A DNA stretch of 64,000 nucleotides from positions 1 to 64,000 of the forward strand of contig NKIB01008387.1 of assembly GCA_002256025.1 (NCBI GenBank), given 5' to 3'. This DNA is from Asterionella formosa. Taxonomy: Eukaryota. Positions 11,851 through 23,008 of this stretch are shown piece by piece (the stretch's first letter is position 1; every line of letters starts with the position of its first letter). A program made the translations under genes and the position numbers. The notes below the pieces were generated by a model that ran no database searches, was not told where the DNA came from, and was given only the letters and a program-made list of their open reading frames with translations.

Positions 11851-13076
11851 GGGCGCGCTCTGATAATAAAAAATTATTATATCATGTGTATTATAACACA
11901 AATCGTTGTACCCATAACCCCAAAATTTGTGTTTGTGTTGAGCAAATTTGGTAAACCTGGTAAGCACCCCGAGGTGAGGTGCTTACCAGGATTACCAAAT
12001 TTGGTCAACACAAACACAAATTATTTACAGTTATAAATATCAGTGCATTATATAAAAAGATGTTTAGACATGAATGACTATATAGAATTTCCCGGAATAT
12101 TTCAAGACTTGCTTGCTCATACTCAAAATGACTTGCTCTTGCCAAAATAGGTAGGCATATACATATGCATATCGTTACATATCAATCAACCTCCTCAATA
12201 AATCAATCGTCATCGCTTTTAGATTTCGGCCATGTCTTCATCTTCTTCTGGTCAAAGGAGAGCAGCCAGGGAGGGCTTCCCTTCCTCTCCAAGGCTGCTT
12301 GAACGTCGCCGTCACCAGCAACAAGAACAACAACAGAATCAACCAGAAGAAGAGGAGGAGGACGACGACGAGAATGAAGATGACACTGGTGCTGATGAGT
12401 TTGCCAGTGACGATGAGGACAGTAGGATAGGTGTCCCAGGTGTTTCTCAGATTGGTGTTTCTGGGGTTTCTCAGTCCCCATCAAGGAACAACAACGATTT
12501 TTCACGTGCTCCTACTAGTTCAGTTTCAAGAACAGCAACTGCCAGGCGAGCACCAACGTTTCCAAGAGCTCACCAAAGCATGCAGAGTCAGGGTCAACAG
12601 TTCAGGATCAATGAGATTCTCTCATTGCTGGAAACCATTTCTACTCACCTGCCAATTGGGTCCCATGAATGGGAAGTTGTTGCATCACAGCACAACGACA
12701 ATTTCCCAGACAAAGAACGGACAGGCGTCCTAATTACTGGTGGATAGCACATTGCTAACAGTAGCAATGTGATCATAATGTCATCATCATCATCAGGAGA
12801 TGAGATGAAAGTCGACATGGTCAGTGACCGACGATGATGAATATATAGAACTCATGCATATAATGAACAAGAGGCGGCATAGCATACAAGAGGATGCATC
12901 GATATGAAAATTTAACTGTTGAAAATTAAAGTTAAAAATATATATAATGTCAGAGAAGTAATCTAAAATATCTCTATTATCAGAGCGCAAGGACGATATT
13001 ATGTAGCAGATCACCAGAATAATTTGTGTTATCATACACACATGAAATAATAATTTTTTATTATCAGAGCCCGCCC
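11851..13076. mobile_element. 1226-bp non-autonomous PIF/Harbinger-group (Pangu-like) DNA transposon
   Basis: ~52-bp TIRs GGGCGCGCTCTGATAATAAAAAATTATT... and ...AATAATTTTTTATTATCAGAGCCCGCCC; 3-bp TSD AGT at 11848-11850 and 13077-13079; removing it restores the host element's inverted repeat. Confidence 0.85.
12232..12747 (+). CDS. Truncated Myb/SANT-like (DUF6818-type) accessory protein of the Harbinger-group element
   Basis: Acidic, low-complexity N-terminus, then FRINEILSLLETISTHLPIGSHEWEVVASQHNDNFPDKERT; ends abruptly at a probable internal deletion. Confidence 0.6.
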   Translation: MSSSSSGQRRAAREGFPSSPRLLERRRHQQQEQQQNQPEEEEEDDDENEDDTGADEFASDDEDSRIGVPGVSQIGVSGVSQSPSRNNNDFSRAPTSSVSRTATARRAPTFPRAHQSMQSQGQQFRINEILSLLETISTHLPIGSHEWEVVASQHNDNFPDKERTGVLITGG

Positions 13077-13703
13077 AGTTTCTCTCCAGAAGTTATAAAC
13101 TGATGCTATTTGAAAGTTACCTATGTATCTAAATCGCCGTCAGAACCAGCCAACGTTTAGCTATCGTTGTCCAAAAACTCGACAAAATCGGCCTTTTCTA
13201 CGGTCGCAAAATATCGGAATCAGAATTATTAAGTGCCGAAACGTCGCTCATCATCGGAATGGTAGTCGTGTGCCGGAATTTTTAGTCCTAAAATCTCCTG
13301 TCCAAAAAATTCCATTGTAAGTGCCCGCTTCCACATATACAATATGATTGGTGAACGTGAATTGCATTCCTCTGTTTGATTGGCCTGGTTTGCGAGGTCT
13401 TGCAAACCCATGCCGGCCACATTGTATAAACATGTAATATTTTCTTGGGTGTACTGACATCCCGGTTCTACATTCTCGATGGGTATCAGGGTACCAGTTA
13501 CCAGTAGATGATCATCATTGGACATATGCGTACCGCTCCTTGAGTGCACTTTCAAATATTTGCCGAGCCACCGGGTTGTATACATGACCCATAGTTGTCG
13601 ATCGGAGTATAGATTGTAGTACTGGTGTATGCACATGAAGCGATGTAGAAACTAAATATATATATACATAAATTAAACGATTTGAATATGTCGAACAGAT
13701 TCA

Positions 13704-16400
13704 ATGGAAGCAGCAGAAGCATCAGTGGACATCAGAGACAAAAAGCGCAAGCAGCAAACAATCCAATTCACACAGACATCAAAGAAGACAACCAACAACA
13801 CCTCAGCAGACCAGGCGAAAAAGGACAACGAAAGCGATACACAGTGTGCAGGAGCAAAGAACACAGCTCTCATAAACAATGAAGGGAAAGACGACGAGGC
13901 AACAGGAAGCGACATGGACATGGAAAGCGGCTCCGGCAAGGCTACAAAGATGAGCAAACTAGAGGAAGCAGTGGCATAATATTTTGTATATTCTGACGCA
14001 GTGGACGAGAGACTAGAAGAAATGGAGATAGAGGATTTCCCCTTGTCCACCAAAGAAAAAGGAAAGACAGCTGGAGCAAGACAGCAACTCCGGGAAACCC
14101 AGCAACGGATCAACCAAGCCTCAACCATCCTCAGATTCCAAAGTCAGCAAGCAAGGCAACGAAGCAGTTGGATTACCAGTCCTGGCATGGAAATGCAAGG
14201 TTAGAGGGATCATCCCACAGAACTCAGACTTCAAACTCCAGTCGGAGCAGTTCTTGGAAAAACTTGACACACTTCTTCAACTAATGGTTAAAGAAGACAG
14301 CTCCATCAAGTTACTTCCGGTAGAGATAGGTACCGAGGAAATGTCACCAAAGGCGGTTCTAAAGCTAGAAAAACAGGAGCAAACCCGGTTTATCAAATTG
14401 TCTGAAGGTACAAGGAAGACATACATCGATGCATTCCTTCACATCAAGTCCCTATCTTCACACCAAAAGATAAAAGGAGAATTCTAAAACACTTACAGGA
14501 ACAACAAATGTATGTAGATGAATATAAAATGCAAAGCCTTGATGAAGTAACTTGGATGGTTGTTTGGGAAAAGCAGCTTTGTAGCCTCAGCACCAGTGGA
14601 GGGCACCAAACGCTGGCTGGAGGCATTAATGGGACAGGAACTGGCACAGACATTGGATTTTCAGGTGCAAAGCCAGGGTATTAAGTTCTCCCAGTTTGGT
14701 ATAGAAACGAAAACATATGCATATGTGATTAGTGCAAGCAGAGCAACATCGAAGGACACCTATGAAGCTCTAACCAAACTTCTACCCATCCGAACAGACT
14801 ACACAGTAGGATTTGTGGGCGTTCAAGCACAAAACTATGCAGCTATCCAGGATGTTGAGGGCGTAAATCAATACAATATCCAACAGAAATGGTTGACAAC
14901 AACATTAAGAACTAAACTGATGCCAGGGTTCATAGACCTTGACACAAAGATTTGCTGAAAGGAGAGTCAACCACTTTTCGCCTCTTCATGATGGGAGCTA
15001 CAGACGCAACAGGAAATTGCCTACTCTTTGACGCAGACTATACTTCGATGGGAGTACCAATTATTATCTATCCCACAGCACATGAAGTATTAGCACTCCA
15101 ACAAGCACAGGAATTCAACAATCTGATTATACAGGAGTTCCAAGGGGTGGCACCTCCCACATACTCGATGAAACAAGTTTCCATTGGAGGAGCTAGAACA
15201 GTTGAGGAGAAAAATCAAGGGAATGCACTGTTGACAAGGTTCAAGAGAACAACAATGCCAAAAGTGGCAAAAGGTCTTCAGACACAGTTTCTTGAGGTCA
15301 CAACCAAGGCAATGATCCCAATTAAACAAACCATTGAGAAACATTTCGTCAACTCGTCTGAGGTCATGACGGCAGCTACAGATGTAACTGACCAGCTGAC
15401 ATTGGAGACATCAAACCAGTCAAATGTGCTTGAAACCCTTCAAAGAGAGCTGAAAACACAAATTGAGTCAACGGACGAAAAGCTAGCAAAACTAAATCTC
15501 AGAATGGACAAATTCATTGGCTACTACCAAGTGACTGCAACCAGCCAGATAGCATCTCAGGTGTCTGCAATAACAACCCAGGCAAGCGTCAACAAAGCAA
15601 CACTTCTAGCGCTGAACAAGACAATGGAAAAACTGGTCCAGGCATTGGACAAAGCGGGAGTATTCCTCGAAAAGGACACCTCAAAAGAGTCAAGCATGGG
15701 AGGAAAAACAGAGAGCATCACAAGGGGTTCATCCAACCAAGCACTCTCTGACCACAACATTACCCAGTCACCAGCATTGCTTCTTACCGCAATGGACAGC
15801 GATGCACTAGATGGTTATGTCAGAAGCCTCCCATTATCCCAGCAAAAGGAAAATGCGGAAAAGTGGGAAACCACGAGACATTCCAAAAAACAAGCAAAGA
15901 AACGTGCCACAAGACAGCAGTCAGAATCATCTAGGGATACCTCTTCCGAGGGAACTTCATCACAGGACGGGAAGACAAGAGTTTCATTGAATACAGTGAA
16001 TCGAAAAACTGCTCATCATGTGCAAAGTTTGGAAAGCGATGACTCCATGGATGATTTCAGCAACTCTTCAGTGGAACTAGTCACAATTATCAAAAAGCAT
16101 CGAGAGGAGTCTGACAGTAGTGATTTCGAAATGGAGATGGAGAACATAGTAAACCAATTGAACTGAAGATCTATATAAAGAGGCAGCAAGCAAACCCAGC
16201 CAACTAGGACAGAAGCGATGACCCCAAGAGGGGGCAGAAAAACAACTGGCAGCCCTACCACCATCAAATATCCAACAAGGCTACAGGCTAAAAGCACCAA
16301 AGCCTCTCCAAGACAACGGAGGAAGAAATCCACTGGGGAAGAAGACATCAACAACACCCACAAGAAGAAATGATAGAGAAAAATCACACCACTCTCCGGC
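13704..16400 (+). pseudogene. LINE ORF1, fragmented; coiled-coil and low-complexity regions
   Basis: Consecutive same-strand ORF pieces 13704-13979, 14001-14204, 14254-14487, 14560-14958 and 14952-16166; heptad-like segment LETLQRELKTQIESTDEKLAKLNLRMDK; end coordinate approximate. Confidence 0.7.
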
Positions 16401-16613
16401 TCATGGAGCTGGAGCACGAAGACATCCAAGTAGCAGAACACACACAATCAGGGCAGGTCCCACGGTCACACACAGATAAAACACAACTTAGTAACCCAGA
16501 AAACAGAAAACACGCCACAAAAGATAACAAAGCATTTCACAACAAAACTCAGATCCACCAAAGAAAAACCAAAAATTTGAAACCTAACAAGGCAAACTGA
16601 ACAGCGCAACACA

Positions 16614-19600
16614 ATGAGCCAAAGGGTACAATCAAAGATACAGGCAACAACAAGAAATCCAGACATAGAGTCTCAAATCACATGGGGAGACAAACCCATA
16701 GCCATAGAGGACACAACCTTCAGAGTCTACTTCCAAAACATCAAGGGGCTACATCTCCAAAGGACCTCATCAGACCTCATGTTTAATCTAGAATCAATGC
16801 GCGAAATAGAAGCAAGTTTCTTTGGTTGGGCAGAAACAAACACCAACTGGAATCAAGAGGATGCACAGGCAGAATACAGAGAAAAAGCCTCTCGAGTATT
16901 TCAAATGAACAAGACAGTGTTCTCCTCTAGCGACGTGCCATCTACCTCAAAGTACAAACCAGGAGGAACTGCAATGACTCTGACAGTCAAATGGTGTGGG
17001 AGGGCCCAGTCAGGCGCAGGAAAAGATCCCTCAGGCATGGGCAGGTGGAGTTACATGGTATTGGAGGGCAAAAATGGTAAGGAACTATTAGTAATAACTG
17101 CATATAGAGTATCTCAAGTCTCAATGCCCCAACATGGGGAAGGCACCACATATCATCAGGAGCACATGATCATGTCAAAAACAGGGAACACCAACCCAAA
17201 TCCAAGGAAGCAGTTTATTCTAGACATGATTAAGTTCATTCAAGACCACCAGGGCAGAGGAAGAGAAATTTTACTTGTGCTTGATGCAAATAAGGAGGTT
17301 GGTAAAAAATCACAAGGTATAACAGCTCTAGTCCAGGAATGTTCGCTCTATGACATTTTAGCAACATCCCATCCTGACCAACAAACGCCAGTAACATTCG
17401 ACAGAGGTTCAAAGACAATCAACTACACATTAGGAAGCCAAAGGTGCAAGGAAGCAATCCCGAGGGCAGGTGTGATACCATTTTACCACCGAATACAGGC
17501 GGACCACAGAGCAATATATGTGGACTTCGATGGGGAACGGCTCTTTGGTGGGAACCAGTCCTCAATCGTCTTGGCAAAACATAGAACCTTCACATCAAAC
17601 AATCCAGCAGAGGTTGCGAAATATCTACAGGTAGTCACAAAGTACTGGCGACTCCATAACATGTCCGAAAGGATAGAGAAACTACATGAGAACATGAAAG
17701 ACAAGGAAATCCAGGAGGTCCAGCAGGACTGGGAAAGCCTGGACAAGGAGATAGGCAGGGTCATGAAGATAGGAGAAAAGGCGCTCAAGAAACCGTCTGG
17801 AAGATACTCCTGGTCCAAAACTCTACGTCGTGCAGCGTACACTCAGCAATACTGGAAAAAGAGATCAAAGCTCCACAAATATGGCATAGAAGAGACAGAA
17901 GCCCTAGATACAAAAGGGAAATCGCAGGAATAAAATATGAGGACATGGGAAGAGGAGAATCTATAGAAAAACTAGAGCAGTGGCCCAAGGAAAGCAAACA
18001 AAACCTCAAGGTTATTCAACGCGATTCGATCAATTTCAAAACCACAGAACTGAGAGAGGAAATTCAAAAACTGAAGGGACAAACATCCTCAAAGGCTAAG
18101 AAGGAGATGAGGAGACTCCAATCACTCCTATATTCAGAGCAACGAAAAATGGATATAACCGACTGAAAAGCATCTTCAATCCCAGCAAGGCAGGAGCGCT
18201 CACAAAAGTACTGATCCCAGTCAGGGAAGGTCCTGAAAGTAAAAATATCACATGGAAAACAGAATTTGAAGCAGACAGACTAGAAACAGCGCTTTTGGAA
18301 CACTGCCACAGCCAATACAGAAGAGCTTCAGAAACTCAGTTTGGTCATGGACCAATGCAGGATCTCCTAGGTTTTCATGGACTCACTCAGGCAGCAGACC
18401 AAATTCTGAGAGGAACTTTATTTGAGAACTACGACACTGACTGCTTTCCAGGAGAGAAAGAATTTGTATCAGCAATGATAATACCCAAGGAAATGACAAA
18501 TTTAACGAAAATAAACACAGAAATCTCGGAAGCTGACTTCACAAAGGGTATAAGGGGATGGAAAGAATCCACTTCAACATCACCAAGTGGACAACACTTG
18601 GGACACTACAAAGCATCTCTTCGGGGTAAGGAACTAACAGTGGGGTATGCAAGAATGCTCAATATACCGGTACAAATGGGGTTTTCCCCAAAAAGATGGC
18701 AACAGGCAGTATACGTTTTGTTAGAAAAAGACAAGGGGATTCCGAAAATAAGTAGGCTCCGAATAATTCATCTTTTTGAAGCAGACTACAACCTGTTCCT
18801 GAAATTGATCTGGGGATGTTGCATGATTGGCAGAGCAGAAGAAGCGATGCAGGAATCAAGGAAAAACAGAGGCACTATGGACATGATGTACAAAAAGATC
18901 ATAACATTTTATATAGCAAGACAGCAGTGCTCAAACGTTGCGATACTTGAAAACGATGCGGCAAGCTGCTACGACAGGATTCTGGCAAACCTAGCAATGA
19001 TGTGGGCAAGGAGGCTTGGACTGCCCAAAGAGGCCATAATGGCCCACTCAGAGATGTTACCACGCTTGATGAAGTACATGATAAAGACAGGATATGGCAC
19101 CTCCACAGGCCATTACAAAGGAAGCAACAAGGAACCACTGGCGGGAACAGGCCAAGGCAGTGGAGCATCACCAGCAATCTGGCTCTCCATCTGCATAGTG
19201 TTACTAAGAGCATACTCACAAAACACCACTCATAGCCTACAACTTCAGGATCCCACAAGAAAGATATTTTCGCAACATCAGGCAGACGCATTTGTTGATG
19301 ATAAATCCCTGGGTTTCACTGGGCCCACAGGACAAGATCCCATGGACCTCTCCTATATGATAACCACAGTTACAAAATGTGCTTAACGGTGGGAGACACT
19401 GCTGTTTGCCTTTCTGGAGGCGCCCTAGAACTTTCAAAGTGCTACTACCAGCTGATCCACTGGTACTGGGACTCCATGGGATACCCGCAAATGCCTAGCT
19501 TGCGACCCATGGACTCATTAGAAACCGGATTCTATGAAACAACTCCAGGAACCTATTCAGCACTGGAATTGAGCTTGGGGCGAGAAGCTACCAAGACAAG

Positions 19601-22530
19601 AATCAAGCAAAGAGCAGCAAATCTCAGCAATAAATCACTAGGCATTTCGACAAGTCCGTCAGGGCAGTTGAAAGATGAGGAAGAGAGACTGAAAATCAAA
19701 AGCAACACACATGCAGTCCTCACAATGTCGCACCAACTTCGAAGGCAGGATGCACACCAAGCCCATAGAATCATATGGGCACCTCAGATGACATATTCGC
19801 TACCCATCACTGGTATGACGGGCAAACAACTCGAAGGTATTCAAAAAATGCCCGCAGAGCAAGCCTAGCTAAAATGGGTTTCAATCAAAATTTCCCGAAG
19901 GCTTCAGTGCATAGCCCCAAGGAGAGAGGAGCTCTAAGCAGCATGGTAGACCTCACAGTGGAGCAGGGTATCCGCGCAGTGGAAGGCTTCCTGTACCATA
20001 AATACGCTGACAATGAGGTAGCCAAACTGATGGACATCTCGCTTAGAATAGCACAACTGGAATCAGGCCAAGAAGAACATCTCCTATTACATCCGGAGAT
20101 TCAAATTCCGTACCTCACAAAATCATGGGTCACAGACATGAGGAATTTCATGGAAAAACACAATCTACAAATAGAAACTAGCAATCAGTGGTCGCCCCAC
20201 ACCTCATGTCAGAATGATGAAATGATAATGACAGCACTCATCCAAAAAGGAGTGAGCAAATACAAGCAATACCACATAAACGCGTGCAGAGTGTACCTAC
20301 AAGTATCAACAATTTCGGATATTTCGACAGCACATGGAACGGAAATCAGGCCTGAAATAATGCACTGCAGACGTGTGGCACACTGACACTCAAGATGGGA
20401 ATGGCCAAGACAACCTGAACCAACTGCAATACAGAAGAAAGACCGGGTCGAGGCCTTGGCAAACATCTCCTCACGCAGGGTTCAAAACAATTGCTGAAAT
20501 TGAAAACAAGACTAGGAAAATGGTACACAGAACCATCAATGGAATGGGACTCAAAAATCCACACACAAACGAAGACACTGTGGACATACTCAAGAGACAC
20601 AGGGGTCCGGCTCACTCACAGGGACATCTCACACCCACCCACTAGAATGAAATTTGACATCAGTATTGGAAGCGAGAAGAGGCAAGGGAGCCCACCAACA
20701 GATAGTCTTCCCTGCGATGTCCTCCAGACCGGGAGAATACAATTCAGGCTAAGGGAACACGCTGCACCACTTCTAGCTCCAACACAGCAAATATACAAGG
20801 TCATCATCAAAGAATTATCCTTCTATTATTTTCGTCTACTGGAACATCTTCACTTTGCAAAGTCAGGAAAAGCCCGGCTATCGATCAAAATTGCAACAGA
20901 CGGCTCCATGCAAGGGGACAGGAGATGCTCTTTTGGCTGGTGCCTTCGACTATACAGGAAACTATAGCGATATGCTCAGGCCCAGTGAATGGAGACATAA
21001 AAGCAAACAGCTCCACAAGCGCTGAATTGTTTGGGATTGCATCAAGTTTACTGTTTCTGACTATAACAATAAAAGCTCACAAAATCGACACGCAATCAGA
21101 GGTGCAAATATGGAGTGATAGCGCAGCCTCCCTTGCAAGACTACACTTTCTATCATGAACAAAGCATCCCGGGTATCCACCGGCCAATGCAGATATAGTG
21201 TCATCTCTTGCTGATCTCATCAGGGAACTACCTGTCCAAACGACAATCAGGTGGATCAAAGCTCACCAGGACAATGACAGCATCAGGATACTCACATCTG
21301 AAGCGGCAATGAATGTGAAAGCAGACGATCTAGCTACATCATTCCTGAAAATCACAAAACAGAGGAGGACGGCGGGCCCCTTGCAAACTCAGCCCACTTT
21401 CAGGCCATGCATGCAAGTCTGATCAACAACGGCACAAGAGTTCACAGCAGAGCAAATTCCACACTAAGAACTACCATACAAACAAACAGGTATGATGCCT
21501 ACTTTCAAAACAAAACATGAAGAGCATTGATTGGGATAACCTCAAAAGCGCATATCTGAAACAAGACCACAAAACACACGCCTTCATAGCAAAATTCATT
21601 CATGGATGGCTTCCATGTGGAACGAGAAGGAAGATGATTGAACAGGGCAAAGACGAGTGCCCATACTGCGGCTTTCTAGAACAAAACGAACATATGCTAC
21701 TATGCCAGAACACAAAGGCAGTCTACCACCAGGGAGGTCGAGTCACAGCCATGACGACACAACTGCGTCGACATCAGGGGGGACAGGCAACAACTTCAAT
21801 CTGGATAGGACTACTGAAGCACATCATGCAGGCAAAGCAGGGACAGTATTTACCAAAATTCCCTCCAAACACGCCAGACTTTACAAAAAAGATACTTCAT
21901 GAGGTGGTGGAACACCAACTGGAACTGGGCGCCAAGCTCACTCTCTGGGGATATCTGAGCAGGAAATGGACAAGCGCATTCTGTACCTCCACAGGCCAAA
22001 ACCTTACAACAGAACAACATGGACACAAATGGGCCAAAACGGCAATATCGCAACTGTGGAAAGTCACCCATAGCGCCTGGACAGCAAGGAATGAGGAAGT
22101 TCACAGAGAAAAACACGCAGATATCAGCCAATCCGCACAAAATGAAAGGATCAGGAGAATATACATGCTCGAAGGTGAAATATGCACCTGAGATAAACAC
22201 ATTTTCGGTACAGAGCTAGAAACCCTGCTGAAATCGAGAATGAGCAAAAAACGCAGGTTCTTGGAAAGAGCAGACTTCCTAGTGGCTGCATCGAGAACTT
22301 TTGCGGCAACAGGCCAAACAACACTAAGAACATATTTCCTCTCAGCAACACCTCCAGGGCCAAACAACTGTGGAACGCTCCAGATGCACACAGAAGAAGA
22401 GCCCAGAACACAACCAAGTGAAAATATCCAGGTTACAGACCTGAGTATCAACCCGGCGGTATCTCTAAACCAGGAACAGACCATAGAAGACCCAAATTTT
22501 TTTTTACAAGACTCCTACACGAGGGAGTGA
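16614..22530 (+). pseudogene. LINE ORF2: AP endonuclease, reverse transcriptase, RNase H and CCHC finger; multiple frameshifts
   Basis: APE FQNIKG, WAETN, ADHRAIYVD; RT SPSG.HLGHYK, RIIHLFEADYN, DAASCYDRI, GTGQGSGASP, FVDD; RNase H ATDGS, AELFG, WSDS, WIKAHQD, N.KADDLA; CPYC..EQNEHMLLC. Confidence 0.95.
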
Positions 22531-22635
22531 CCACCAAAACTCACCACCCACCGCCCCAATCCGAATGGGCCATGGAGCGCAATGAATACAATCCTGTAGC
22601 TAGGTTAGTACTAATTCGCTATAAAAATTATTGAA

Positions 22636-22693
22636 TTATAATTAATAAGCCCATATATTCAACAAATACTACTACTTTTAGTTAGATACTTCA
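22636..22693 (+). repeat. 3' fragment of a third copy of the Gypsy LTR
   Basis: TAATTAATAAGCCCATATATTCAACAAATACTACTACTTTTAGTTAGATACTTCA matches the last ~55 bp of the 3' LTR (8534-8728). Confidence 0.9.
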
Positions 22694-23008
22694 CCTGGTA
22701 CTGTTACTACCGGTATGTTACTCATCATCGTAAAAAACCAAATTACTTGATTTAGAGGTATGATTTGGGCCTCAACTGCAGTAAGGACAATCATAGCTGC
22801 ATACCAGGTACCCCAAGTGTTGCTATGCTATACTCTCGTCGTCCTTTACTTTAGGATAGGTATCCCTTCTCTTTGAAAAACAGCAAGCTGCTCTATCCGA
22901 TTGATCAGAACAAATAGAAACCCCAAAGGCAGAAGCAGCGTCGCGAGCACTAGTCTTTCCAGCTGTGAGCAGCATTGTTGGCACGACTTAACAAATCCGT
23001 CCGAAAGA

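Larger units (their letters stand above)
11530..13450. mobile_element. Kolobok-like element, copy 2 (related subfamily), interrupted by a PHIS-type element; right end not found
   Basis: Starts TTAA|GGTTGCTGC. 11645-11750 matches the subterminal region of the other copies (CTTTCACCAATAC...TACAGTC.TCGG...AGGGGT). 13077-13450 is an inverted copy of 39335-39710. Confidence 0.75.
13680..22633 (+). mobile_element. ~9-kb non-LTR retrotransposon with two ORFs (APE-RT-RNase H; Ambal-like), decayed
   Basis: A-rich sense strand throughout; ORF1 and ORF2 fragments. The 3' end is defined by the independent retrocopy at 46137-46221; the 5' boundary is approximate. Confidence 0.9.

Noticed and set aside
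22901..23008. N-terminal extension of VPS13 given by the ORF track
   Set aside because: It starts at TTG; the Chorein_N domain begins at the ATG at 23009
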